Shown here one piece after another: positions 38,240 to 51,430 of a stretch of DNA of 64,000 bases. The stretch spans positions 62,001 to 126,000 of the forward strand of contig BCIN01000001.1 in assembly GCA_039545335.1 (NCBI GenBank), in the 5' to 3' direction. The notes beneath the pieces were generated by a model. The model had not been told where the DNA came from. It did no database searches and was given only the letters and a program-made list of their open reading frames with translations. The stretch's first letter is position 1, and the number at the start of each line of letters is the position of its first letter. This DNA comes from Kondoa subrosea (lineage: Eukaryota). The translations under genes and the position numbers were made by a program.

Positions 38240-39809
38240 TTATGCATCGCTGTCAGTTGGGAGAGTTATTATCAGCAACATAAAACTGAAGTAGACTCAA
38301 TCCGCAACTCACAAAGTCAAAGAAGCGCCAACAGAGTGAGCAGGTCCAGAAGACTTTTCATCCGAAGCTCCAGATTGCGAAAGTTTCTGAGTATCAATCG
38401 CAACACCGAATGAAGCTTTCACGCCTGGGTTCAAGAGCTGAGTGTAGCCAAGGAGAAGCAGACCAGAGTTGTTGATCTTGGCCTCTGTACAATGAAGAGT
38501 TCAGCTCGTAGCTTAGGGTAGCTAGGCTGGCATCACGTACTAACGAAAGCGGCTCGGTCAAGGTAGCTCTGCGAACGGGAAAGGGCCAAATCAGTACCAA
38601 GACTGAATAGTCCTCTACCTGCTCACCTTAACACCGACTTCCATAGCGACATTTGAAGAAGGTGCTTTCGAGTTGTAGATGGCCTGTGCGCATGAACGAT
38701 TGCTTCTAAACAATCAATTTGCTTACAACACATCCGGACTACGCACCTTGGCACCAGCCTCGACATCAGCGTTGACCTTGTGGTAGTAAGAAGCAGAGAA
38801 AGTAGTCATCTTCTGCAGACTGTTTGTCCGTACCACAAAAACTTAAGAATATACAAGTTTCGGATAGCAGATGACAAACCCATGGACAGTAACTGCGTAT
38901 TCAGGGTTGGTGTATCCAACAGCAGCGTTGTAACCTTTGATTTGACCATCGCTCAAATCATAAGTAGTTTCAGCTCCAACAAGGAAACCATCGCGCATGA
39001 CGACGGCATCGGCTGTGAAAGTTGGTCCTTTGAGAATGTTGGACAAAGCTCGAACGTGGAAACCAGGTTGCTTGAATTGAGCTCCGAGAAGGGCTGTCGC
39101 AATTGGCAATGAGTAAATATCAATTGTTTGATCAGTTGGGCTTACCGCTCTTGGCAGCTGTTCGTTCGTTTTACCTGTTTAGACTAGTAATTGTCTAAAT
39201 GGCATCAAGAACGCACCAGTGTCAGGTTCCAAAGTAGTGTTCAACTCGAATTTGAGACCTGTATCCCGATTTCCAGACATCAACATTGAAGCTGATAGCT
39301 TGAGAAGCAACGGCATACCCTTTGCGATCTGATTTTCTAATTCAAGCAAAGACTTGAGCTGATTTCTTGTAGTCCAAGTTTGAGTGAAAGCAATTCCGTT
39401 TTTTGGGTCAACGAATTTGCCTTCGATATCACCTGCGATAGCTCCAGATTTGTTATCACGAACACCAGCAGCTGTTCACCCGGCCAACTACCCAGTCAAT
39501 CACCTGACAAAGGTAAAGTGTAATGCGAAATGAACCTTTGAATAAAACATTGTTAGGCGCTCTAGTCTTTACTTCCAAAGCTTGACCAGAAGTGGTGAAA
39601 TCTTTGTTGAGAAGATCATTAGAGGCTTTGCTGTTAAAAAGTAAAGCGGGAACAGCTCAATACAATATTGCAACGAGCAAGCACTAGCTTACCCTAGATC
39701 CTGTTGTCCGTCGTATGTGCTGTAAGTATGCCTCCATTACTGTGTGAATGGGGCACCACTATACCTTGTAAGAAGGAGGAATAGGTGCAAGTGTAAAAGT
39801 AGAGGCCAT
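38240..39809 (-). CDS. POR1: Mitochondrial outer membrane porin VDAC
   Basis: PPSYK|DLG|KASNDLLNKDF, LEVKTRAPNNV, GPTFTADAV, SYYHKVN, YLDRAAFVKAKINNSG, LLNPGVKASFG; microexons 39693-39700 and 39146-39157. Confidence 0.95.
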
Positions 39810-40691
39810 TGCGTGCAATTTATGCAAAGGAGATTTATTCGAGGCTGTGAATTGCTTTGTTTAGCCTGCTGTCTATGCAGTCTGACGCTTGTAGTTAACA
39901 ACTAACAGGAGATGAAGGGAACAAAGAGTGGGTGCTCGTGTCTCGACAAGCTCGAGTTTCAAGTTCGCAGCGGTAGTTTTCGGGTGTTGCGAACGTATAC
40001 TCAAAATCTCAATACATGAGCTACATGGCGACTGTATAGATGACGGCAATTCTATGCGCGAGAGAAATGACTTCCGAAGGCAGTGCAATATCATTGCGTT
40101 CGACCATTTCTCAGTATACTTCAAGCTGGCGTAGACTGGTGAAAGAGGAAAGGAAGCTACACACCCGTAAGACCTAGCATAGAGTCGTCTGCATCAGTTA
40201 GATATCCTTGTACCTGACCGTCCAAGCCGAAACAGGCATATAGGTGATCAATGCAGCGAGGTGAGCAAGCTTTATGATGTGAATCCTTCATCCTGTATGC
40301 ATCACAAAGGCGCTTCTTTCATTCGACAGAGAAAGTCTTGGAGAGGAGATTGTCAGAAGGACAGCATGTCTCCAACACTTGGTGAAGATATCAGCCGAAG
40401 AGATGAATCAAAGGTAGAATGCACAGAAAGAAGTCCTCTTGTACGACATCGATAAGGAACGAGCAAAGCGAGACAAGTCCAGATAAGATAATTTGCGAGA
40501 CATCAGCAGAGCAAGAAAGAATAGGCTGAACGATAGCAGATAGAGAACGTGTATATTTGAATAGATAAGTTACTGAACACATGTTGGAATATTACATATC
40601 CTGCTTCGAATGTTAGCTTTGCACATTCTTGGATGGAACTAGCTTACTAGAAATTAATAACACTTGATACTTGCTAAGACCATTGATATGA

Positions 40692-41556
40692 CTACGAATT
40701 GACTTGAACATGACTGTCGATCCAAAAGAGAACCAAATCAGCTGAATCCTGATTAATGGCACTCCCTTGACTGACTTCCCGCATCTCAAGCTGAATTTAG
40801 GTCTCCATCCAGCTCTTCTCACATAAAGTACACCAGGAATAAGAGCATGCGATCGGCTGACGTCTGATTCCATCACCAACTCAATCAGCTTCTGCTGTTA
40901 GTGAAACCAAGATAGTGGAAACATACGACGGATTCCTAACGTTGATGAGTAGACTTTAGATGAAGCCAAGATGGACATATATAGGATGTAGAACGAACCT
41001 GGTTTCTGAATGTAGTATCCCCTGTAATGCGAATCAGCGCAATCTCCATGCCATTATGGACTTGACTCACATTTGTGTAAAATTGGTTTCAATGGAGTTA
41101 AGTCTAGTGACGGAAGAGCTCAGTTCAGTGCGCAACACTAGCGACAGCTCCAATGCGCACAGTTCGGAAGTGAGTCTGTCCAATTGATTGTTCAGAAGCA
41201 AGAAAGGAGAGGGCTTGGCGAGATTTTTCTATTCGAGTCTATGACGTTTGCTAATTTTAAAAGATAGGGCAAGGCAAGCTGAACCCACTACTAGCTCGCT
41301 GTCCGCTAACGGAGGATATTTTGTACTAGAGTAACTACCGTTCACATGATGCATTGCAATGCATACGCATGCTAGCACGCAGTAGACACCGGCAAGTGTC
41401 AACGCAGTCCATACCATCTCTGCTTGAGAAGAAGAAACAGTCAGGATCCACTATTGCGCACTTCGTAGATTCCCTGGGACTCAACAAGCAGTGCGAGACA
41501 CAAGCAAAAGCGAGCCACTGGAGGAGAAAATATTTGAGTAGAGCTGTCAGAGACAT
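40692..41556 (-). CDS. Putative small secreted protein, orphan (~8 introns)
   Basis: Signal-like MSLTALLKYFLLQWLAFACVSHC; canonical-looking introns splice into one open frame of ~135 aa; 3' end uncertain. Confidence 0.5.
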
Positions 41557-41911
41557 CAGTCCAGCCCAGTCTCCTACATCGAGGAAACAATAAGGGAATG
41601 GAACGGAATGATGTTATTTGAGATGAAGATGCAGTATAAAGATACACTGAAAGACATAAAGATAGGAAGATAAGAGGAAATGGCCCGTTAACGCAACATT
41701 GAAAGGAATCTGTCTGCGTTGACCGGTATCTAATTGCAGAAACCGGCGAAAGACTTCAGAGGAAGAAGATAGGAAAACAAGAAGAATTGAAATGGAAGAA
41801 AAGACATCGACAGAGGGACATACCGCATTACACAAACCCATGCAATTCTTAGTACACCTATATAGACACGCTCGCTCTTATACAACTTGGCGTTGCTTTT
41901 GAAGAGATCTT

Positions 41912-42879
41912 CTACCGCCTCCCTTGCCCAACTTTTCTTGCTCGTTCTTTACTTCCCAACCTTTTCCTCACTCCCGTACCACCAGCAGTATTCGGACTCA
42001 AACTTCTCATACTACTGATAGTTTCCTGTTGCGCACCAATCTTGTCTTCTTTCCTTACAGCGAGTCCACCATAATCAGGTAAATCCCAAGTAACCTTCTT
42101 TTTACCTCCACCTGTTGCACTAGTGACAGAAGAAGTACTCCCATATCCACCTCCACCACTGATATCTAGATCTGAAGATCCTCCACCAACTCCTTCTGTT
42201 GCAGTAGTTGTAGCATCACTTTCACTACCAGTTGAAGATCTTCTTCTCAACAATAATTTGTGAGCCCAACTTTTGATTGCTAGATTCTCAGTAGAAGGTG
42301 AAGATTGTGGTGGTGAGTAGTCATTTAAAGTGTAATTGAAAGATAGTTTGGATTTCTTGGGTTGAATGAAAGGTTTAGGTTGTGGTTTTGGTAAGAATTG
42401 AGTCAGGTAGGAAGATAATGATTTAGCGAGATAGTGCGTAGAGAAACCGAAGAAGGTTCCTACAGTTATACCGACCAGTAAGAAGGTAAGAAGTGGTTTG
42501 AACTGTCATTTCGCATTTTCACCTCAGCATGAAATATGCTAACATGAAAAGGCGAACTGACGAATGTGAAGACAGAAAGCATCAACAAAGCTGGTCTGAG
42601 TAGAATAGCTTCTAGTGGAATCAAGACTGGCAGAAGAACCCAAGTGATCCAATCGTCTTGAACATTCAGAATCAGCTTGACACACAGAACTCGGTATCAA
42701 TAGGTAGACTTACAGATCTCATAGAGGACGCAATAGAGTGCCCATCCTATCAAGGGTAAAATAACAAGAAAGAGGTAATACAAAGGAAGGTAGATGAATG
42801 TCCTGAACGTGAATCCGATTCCTCCAGCCAATAAGGACACAAGTGGGTCACCTTGGGGTATCTGTGCAGCGTCTGCCAT
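41912..42879 (-). CDS. Hypothetical membrane protein with long hydrophobic N-terminal region and Gly/Ser-rich tail
   Basis: Three exons spliced in frame: MADAAQIPQGDPLVSLLAGG...YEI|YDWITWVLLPVLIP...|FKPLLTFLLVGITVG...RRRSSTGSESD. Confidence 0.7.
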
Positions 42880-43055
42880 GCCTTGATTGCGAGAGCATGA
42901 ACAACAGGTTTGGCCGTGAGACGACAACAGAGTTCGAAAATTCGTTACTCGCGATTGGACAGCAACAAGCATCTGCTTTACGTTTGGCTTATACCCTCGC
43001 ACTTTACTGGATTTATAACCACACAGACTTAGCTAGAGCAAGACAGCGCTTCAAG

Positions 43056-44642
43056 ATGAGACCCATTATGCTTTCAGGCCATGAAAGGGCAATCACCACT
43101 GTAAGGCGCCTCTCTCTGCTCTCACACTCAAGCTATTCTCGTCTATTTGGACTGTCATCGGTGGTGCGGAGCTGTTCTAGCCAATTGCAGCTCGAGATTC
43201 CCTTGCAATTTGATGCTTTTTCGACTTTCTTTGGCCAAACTGCAACAGCTCTGTTTGCTGCTCTGAAGTGTGATATTTATGTTGAAAGGAGGGATGCTAA
43301 CTGTGATTTTACTCTGCAGGTCATTTACAATGCACCAGATGGAGATCTCATCTTTTCATGCTCGAAAGATCACATCATGTTCGTCCTGTTCAGGTTGGAC
43401 TCAGTATCATACTGATTCCGCCCATTTGGACTAACAGTAACGTTTGGTTCTCACATAATGGAGAAAGATTAGGAACATTCAATGGACACAATGGAACCAT
43501 TTGGACCGTCGATAGCGATTCTACTTCTACTTTCCTCGTTTCAGGATCAGCAGACAATACAATGAAATTATGGAGGATCTCAACAGGAGAATTACTCTAT
43601 ACTTGGGAATTCCCAACTGCAATCAAAAGAGTCATGTTTAGCGAAGATGATTCGAAAATTGTAATGGTTACTGAAAAACGAATGGGTTACGAAGGAACAG
43701 TTAGAGTTTTCACCGTCAACAGGGAAGAAGGTCAAGAAAAGAAACAAAAGAAAGAACCAGAAATTGTTATTACTCCAACAGAAAGTAAAGCGACAGTGGC
43801 TGCTTGGAGTTATTTGGATAGATATATCGTTACTGGGCATGAAAACGGAAAGGTTGCGCTTTTTGATCCGAAATCAGGAGAACAGGTCAGCTTCCTATTC
43901 TTTTCAGCGACTTATCGTGCTAAAAGAAGTGTCGGGAATGACAGCTCGAAAGCAATCAAGTACATGAAGCTACTATCTCAGATCTACAAATGTCACCGGA
44001 TGGCACATGGTTCACAACTGCCTCAAAAGACAAAACAGCAAAGGTAATTGATCTTATACTATATTGTTCATGCCATGTTTTGAATTATCTGTTCCCAGAT
44101 CGTCGCACTAGAAGATTTGGCAGTACTGAAATCTTTCTCAGCAGAAGTACCAATCAACTCTGCTTCTTCCATTCCAGGCAAACCTTATTTAATCATGGGT
44201 GGTGGTCAAGAAGCTATGAATGTTACAACTACATCAGCAAGACAAGGAGGGTTTGAAATTAGGTTATGTCACAAGATTTTCGAAGAGGAAATTACGAGAA
44301 TTAAAGGAGGTTTCGGTCCTTGCAATTCTTTAGCTGTACATCCTAAAGGTACTGGTTATGCTCTAGGAGGAGAGGATGGGTGAGTGTGATCTTTTAAAGG
44401 TTGTTCCGCGATATAGAGCTAATGATGCTATTGTGCTAGATACGTGAGGTGAGTTATACATACAGCATTCCGCTTCGGGGCAGATTTTGATAGATCGCAT
44501 CTATTGCAGGTTACATCAGTACGTGATCTAGAGTGTATGCTACTTACAGTCGCCGATCAGTCTTCTTGCGTACAGTTTCGACCCTGAATTCTGGACACAA
44601 AAGCCTTACGGCACAGCAGACGCAGATGTAGACAACTCGTAG
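43056..44642 (+). CDS. TIF34: Translation initiation factor eIF3 subunit i
   Basis: MRPIMLSGHERAITT, VWFSHNGERLGTFNGHNG, GGGQEAMNVTTTSARQGGFE, GFGPCNSLAVHP, GGEDGYVRLHHFD. Confidence 0.95.
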
Positions 44643-45206
44643 GGGACCGTTTTGGTAAGCATTTGTAAGACTCAAAGCTACTCTGCTCATGAAGCTTCGC
44701 TTGCAGTATAGAGTAATTGCTGCAGGTTCTGATGCAAAGTTTTCAGCTGCGAGTTTCACGTCATAGCACTACACTCTACGATGCTTCCGTTTACCGAGCG
44801 GGCCTCTGATCTGTGTGGATAGAGAGCTTCAAGTAGACGGGGTGTCAGAGGACTGCATCGGAACATCAGAGTTCCTCATATCGTCGATTCCCTCTATTGC
44901 GTACTCCTTCGTTTTCCCATTTTGTGAGCATATTGTCAGCTGAAGTCTCGTAGCTTTCAGTCGCGCTCTCGGCGTGGCTTGCCAGTCGGCCCATATCTTA
45001 CCCCATTCCTGTACTGTATCGTGCCAGAGGTCCACCTCTCGAAATTTTGACGGCTTCAGAAGTAGAAGTCGGTTTTTGTTGCGAAACTTTTGCCGAATCT
45101 CATACTCTCAGATGCTATCTGATGTCACAAACGATATTCTAAGGCTAGTTTTAAAGAAAACATGATTTCATAGGGTATGCTAAACAAGATTGCTAGTACG
45201 CCGTAG

Positions 45207-45667
45207 CTAGCGATGAGCAGCTCTTGATGGTTGACCAGGATGAACGACCTGCGCTTTCGTGTTCTTAAGGTAGCTAGCCATCTCAGCAGAATTCGCTAAT
45301 AGACCAAGGAGAACGAACAGCTTCTGCTCTTTGCTCTTCTTCCGCGTGCCACTTGGCGTGTGCAGTCGCCCATTGCTTCCATTCATTATATTGGTACATC
45401 CTCTCCTTCATCTGCTCGCGATCTGAGTTACATCGAAACCCTTGAAACATAAGGGAAAACTACCTGAGCCTCAGAAGGAGGGCGACGACCTCGGTCGAGC
45501 TCTTCGATCTGCAATCTATGATGTTCTGCCATCTTAGCTGCATTAAACTTTTGCCTAGCAATGAAAGCGTCGTCATGATCTACGGGATGAATGTTGGTAA
45601 TTCCGTGCAGGTATGGGAGAACCTCTTTTCCATTGCTATCGCGCGCATAGTGGATAATTTCGCTCAT
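45207..45667 (-). CDS. Small hypothetical protein (~120 aa, 2 introns)
   Basis: MSEIIHYARDSNGKEVLPYLHG...PSEAQ|MKERMYQYNEWKQWATAHAKWHAEEEQRAEA|NTKAQVV...; plausible splice sites. Confidence 0.5.
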
Positions 45668-46964
45668 GCTGATCGAATATCGAGCGATAGAGGAATATAT
45701 GGTTTTGAAAGAGGAAAGAAATCGTTGATTGCGGAAATATGAAACGCTCGATACCAAGGGAGAGTTGGGCAGATGCTGATTGCTAGCTGGCAGCCAGGAG
45801 TGCAGCACACCAACTTATGAATAGACAGCGTAATGACTAGCTGTGGCACGATGCACTAGAAGAGGCAGCAGAGACGAGGAGGACTGAATTACTTGATTTG
45901 GAAGATGGATAAGAAGGAGGATGGAAAAGGAATCGAAACGTTTATCACACATAGCATGCAAAGAAACACTTAGGCCCCATCAATCAGCAAGCATCCGGAG
46001 ACGAGACAGCGCGCTGTTTTGGTAGCATTGGCGTGGCTCAACATTCGGCGGACAGCAGCAAGCTATCGAGCGAGTACTGCTTACGGCGGAGCGCGGGAGA
46101 TGTCTCATCAGGGACTTTCAGATAGAGCAGATACTCCATCATCTGATACTAAAAGCTGCAGTCTTGGCTTTAGGCAATGCGGCAGGGTATCTTAGCGAGA
46201 TATAAGAAGTTCTCAGGTATTGCACCACTTGAACTACATCGGTGCAGTTTGGCTCAGGTGACCGTCTAGTAAGAAAAGGTGAAATTGGTCTTAGTTAAGC
46301 GCGCACCAACCCGCTCAGGACAAAAGTAGTACGAGTGCAAATAGCATCTGTACACCCAAGATGACCTAGCACCTCTTGCATCCAACAGCATCAGCTTGCA
46401 TCCTAACTATAAAGGTCTTCTTCACACTGAGACAAAATTTGAGTCGCGCAAAGACAACCTCGACTTCTGTCTGTTGTCATGCAAAGTCAGGGAAGAAGAA
46501 CTCTAGGCAAATACAGCTGACCTTCACCCGTCTACGACTTCGCTCGCGACTCCCAAAATCTGCATAATCTCTGTCGCAAGACCAGCATTGACTGCATTTT
46601 CCCAAGCTATTGCGGACGTTCTCCCAGAACCCCAACTATCCTTTCCGACCACTTTGACCGACACTTGACCCGCTCTAATGGTGATTGTAGCTGCAGCCTG
46701 CCCAACTTCCATACCCCTAGGAGTGAGGGAGTCAAGAGCAGGATCGCAGACAGGACAGTCAACCATCGCTCTCAAAGTCAAACCAGGTCTATTCAGGGAG
46801 AGTTGAATCGTTTCAGAAGTAAGAGGAAGAAGGACGAGAGTTCCAGCTGAATCGATTGTAGCTTCCCAGCTACATTCTACTTCCTCAAGACTTGGGAAAG
46901 TCTTATTGTCGTAACGAGGCGCCAAGCTAGATCCGATTGCGGATGTGGTCGCATTACGTGATCA

Positions 46965-47964
46965 CTAGAATGGATGATCACTTTCTTCAGGCTTGATTGA
47001 CAAGGGAATGAAGCGATTTCGATTACGGGACAGAGCGGAATGCTCTACATCGTCGTATCGGAACGCTATTTCTAATCGGACAAGCTTGGGAAAGTATTGC
47101 AGGATTTGCGGCAAAGCAGCAATTGACATATTCGTATTGGCCAAGCTGAGGCATCGTGAAGGCTCCCAGAGTTGTATTGGAATGTGTTGGAAGTGGGAGG
47201 CGGTATGATTGGTCAGACATAAAGAATACAAGACAAAGTCCAATGAAGCTCCATGATGGATGATTTTGGAGAGCTGATTGCTAAAAGGCAGCCGCCCGGA
47301 TGATTGGTATGCGCCATTCCTGATCTGAATGAATATTAATTGTTGTACTGATGATGATCTGCGATGAACTATAATTGGTTCAGATCAGGTGGATCAGATG
47401 CAATTGACACATACTCGAGATTACGACCTTCAACTCGTGACGGATATTCAAGTTCTTGATTGAGGTCATAGTATATTCTATATCTTGGCTGAAGCAATCA
47501 TTCGCTATTATTATACGAATTTCTCGCAAAGATGACAGATTCCCTGGGCGTAGAATACACTGTTCTTGTGCGATCCGGGCATTGATGCCATGAGTGAGGA
47601 TATGAACAGATATAATCTTCAAATTGACGAAAGAATTGAGTCGCGAGCATAGTGTTGTAAGCGATACAGAATTGGCATCACGGTAGGGGTCAACCAATGT
47701 CACATGAAGGTGTTGGATCAAATTGGCAGTGCCTTCGGGGAGCACTTGCGGCAGCGATTGTATGAGCTCCTGCCCGCAAACAGACCTCAGTTTGAATTGA
47801 GCCAACGGTAGGGGAATAGAAGAATAAAGAGTCCGTCTCACGACAGCACAGAATTGCTTTGATACCAGGCATGGACCTAAGAGATTGCGCAAGCGTTCTT
47901 CACCCCCCTCAGCCTTGACTTGCTCAAAGATTGGCGTCCACAATTCTACAGGTAGGGAGTTCAT
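46965..47964 (-). CDS. F-box-like protein, possibly truncated
   Basis: MNSLPVELWTPIFEQV...CLVSKQFCAVVRRTLYSSI F-box; LRR-like LxxLxI segments; one intron ~47369-47414. Confidence 0.6.
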
Positions 47965-48476
47965 GTTTTCAGCCAGTATGCTTGTCTGCCCAGACGTGTA
48001 TGCTATGTGCCACAAGCAGTTTATAGGAGTATAGCTCTGGTCGCTAACTCTCGAGGAGGCTCAAGAGGCCCAAGCCAGATCTATTTGACCTTGTATAGAA
48101 ACAAGAAATTTCGTGAGATGTCAGCAGTAGACCGTGACATCTTTAATGCTGGATATAAGCGCCAGTAGAGATCTGATCAGCTGACAGTCTAGATCAATAC
48201 CGATATTCGGAATCCAGGGCTCGAATTGGTTGCTTCGACTCCGAGTGATATTCCGCATTTGTCTATGTCCTCGTCTGTTTCCTCTGTGCCTTCAGTGAAA
48301 TGATCTGAAGCGGTCGACGGTACTGGACGCATAACCACCATGCGGTTCCCCTCTCGTCTGCCCCTAATGTCTTTAGCTAATCGCTCTTATCGATTTGATC
48401 CACATGCGTCTCGGCTATTTCTAATCCCCTAGTCTCTGCTCCTCTCCCTCTTTTTCAGAACCATCAGCAAGCAAAG

Positions 48477-51218
48477 ATGAAGTTCAGCTTATTGGCAGTT
48501 ACTGCTCTTGCAACAACAGCTTTTGCTGCTCCAAGCAAGAGAGAAGTTCAAGCACGCAAAGAGCAAGCCGAAGTAGAATTCGCTGCTCGGGCATATCAAC
48601 TACCAGCTTTAGAGAGACGCAACAATACTGGCCCACAATCCAAATCTACCATCACTTTCTCAAACCCGAAAGCGAAGAACTACTACGTTGACGGAAAATC
48701 GATTCCCGATGTGGACTTCGATGCTGGGCCTTCCTACTCTGGTTTGATGCCCATCTCAAGTGATCCAAACGAGACCAGGTGGGCAGCCTTTGCTCAAAGC
48801 TGTTGAAAGAGTACTAAGACCAGGTACTCATTCAGAAAGCTCTTCTTCTGGTTCTGGCCGTCAAACAATGCTAATTATACCAAAGATCTTGTGTGAGTAC
48901 GACGTATCGTTTCGTAAGACTTAAGCTGATACGTAATTTAGCTTCTGGGTAAGCTAACAATTGTTTCCCAGAGCCACTACTGACTTCTACTTGAGACTAA
49001 TGGTGGTCCTGGTACGTGCTTCCACTATCGATTGATCGTAACTAATACATCTTCGTAGGTTGTTCCTCTATGGAAGGTTTCTTGCAAGAAAATGGTCCGA
49101 TTAGTTGGTCGTGGGGAAGAGCCCACCCAACTTACAATCCATATGCGTGGACCAACTTGTCTCATGTGCTTTGGGTCGAGCAACCGGTGAGTTTGTACTC
49201 CCTTTGGTTATTGCTCTGCTCAGACGAGACTGGTATAGGTCGGAACTGGATTCTCTCAAGTGAGTGTACCTCGACGTCTTCACAATAGTCTTCACTAAGG
49301 CTCTGTATAGGGCACTCCAAACATCACCAACGACAATGAACTCGCTGAGCAAGTTGTCGGCTTCTTCAATCAATTCCTGGATGTGTAAGTATATAAGCGC
49401 TCTCATCGTATATTAGCTAATACGATTGCCTACAGCTTCTCCGAACTGAAGGGCAAGAACCTTTGTCAGTGGAGCCATTCATACACGAAAAGCAAAACTG
49501 ATGTGCTGTGATTCAGACCTGACTGGTGAATCTTATGCTGGCTACGTGAATGGACGGTGCTCTGTCGATCTCACTGTCGCTTATCCTTCGTTTGCAAACC
49601 ACAGTACGTTCCTTACATCGCAAACTACATCTACGAAAACACTACGAACGCAACTCTACCACTCAACTTGCAAGGTTCGCTACCATCATGCGGTATTGCT
49701 CAATTTGCTGAAATATCGTGTTCTTACAGGTATCTGGATTGCTGTAAGCATAATGTTCCGCACTTTGTATACCAACTCAGTTCTTTTTCATAGGATCCAA
49801 GTACTTCTTACGATATTGTGCAAGAACAAATACCAGGTATGTCGTATCAGTCCGCTTAGCGTCTTGCTGAACCAGGAGTCTCTCCTTCAGCTGTCGATAT
49901 GGTCAGAGCAAACTCAAATCTGTCAGTTCAGCAACTCATAGCTGGATTTTCGCTGACACATGGACGTTAGTTTTGCTTTGAACTCTACCTTCATGAGCTA
50001 CCTCGACTCCCAAAACAAGAAATGCGGATATGAAGGTTATGTTGAAAAATACCTGACTTAGTGAGTCGAAGTATTCCTGTCATGTAAGCCGCTTATATAT
50101 ACTATAATAGTCCTCCTTCTGGTCCACTTCCTCTGCCAAACGGGACTTCCGAGTATTCAGACGAATGTGATTTGTTCACTCAGATCTTTGAGGCGTAAGG
50201 ACTTTTCCTTTGAGCCTTGCAATCCTCCTGACATAAATTTATACAGAGCACTTCTCGTCAACCCTGCATTCAATTTGTACCGTATTTCAGACTCTTGGCC
50301 AGTACTTTGTAGGTACACATATCAAGTGCGCGACAGAATGCTTATATTGCACAAGGGGATGTTCTTGGTTTCCCTGGATCTCTTCCTAATCAGCAATCTC
50401 CGATCTACTTCAACCGGTATGTCTTCCGCTATGTCGTGTTCTTCGGTCCTGATTAAGCTTTTTCAGAACCGATGTACAAAATGCTATTCACGCTCCTCAT
50501 ATCGATTGGCAAGAATGCAGTGCGATCAATGTCTACAACACTACTTCTGGCTATGGAACAAACCCTCCTTCAGGTCTAAGCGTTCTGCCTAATGTTATCG
50601 AGAAATCTAAGCGTACGATCATCCTGCATGGAGAATTCGACTACGTCTTGATTGCGAATGGCACCGCATTGATGATACAAAATATGACGTGGTCCGGAGT
50701 GCAAGGCTTTCAGAACAAGCCCACGTAAGCTGAAAAACGGTATCTTATCGAGTTCATCGTTAATCTGAATTTTCTTTTTCGCTTATCTAGTCCAGAGTCT
50801 CTTGTCATGCCAGGCATGGGAGTTTTGGGCTCTGTCCATACAGAAAGAGTCAGTAGTCTTTGCTTGCACCTCTCCAGGAACTCATTGCGTTGGCAGAACT
50901 TGACCTTTATCCGAGTCAAGCTCGCGGGACACATGATACCAGTGCGTTCTCTCTCCCATCTGCTGATGCGACTACTGCTGATCTCTGATTGCTTCACAGC
51001 AATTCTCGCCGGAAGTAGCTTACTACTCGTTGAAATATCTTCTCGGTCATATCGATAGTTTCCCTTCTAGTCCAGTGCGTTTCTCCGTTTCACAATCTGG
51101 CCATTCAGTACTGATATGTTTGTAGGACGGTGAAACACTTGAGGTCATTCCAGCTGTCGAACTTGGAAATTCAACTGGAGAATGTCTTCCATATCTGGGC
51201 AAGCGATCTGAATTGTGA
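48477..51218 (+). CDS. Secreted serine carboxypeptidase, family S10 (~21 introns)
   Basis: Signal peptide; LFFWFWP, W|TNGGP|GCSS, FLQENGP, WVEQP|VGTGFS, GESYAG (catalytic Ser), HGEFD, AGHMIP (catalytic His). Confidence 0.93.
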
Positions 51219-51430
51219 AAAGACTAGGGAAAGAAATACTGTATAGCAAAGGAAAAGAGATCGAAATGCATGTCTCACAGATCTGTGAAGCATAAAAATG
51301 CCATTGTTGATTCGCTCGAGATTTCAGTGATAGCACGGTTGCTCTTGACTACCATATACCTTGAGCAAACTAGGCTTGCGTGCTCTTATATATCCTCTCA
51401 TCTATATTCTGCTGTAAGGGCAGCCTCAAG

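Noticed and set aside
44829..45035. 68-aa minus-strand ORF
   Set aside because: No ATG start, in-frame stop shortly upstream, no recognisable motif; at most a remnant
46962..46967. Stop-codon reassignment suggested by in-frame TAG TGA
   Set aside because: All conserved genes in the window translate and terminate normally with the standard code
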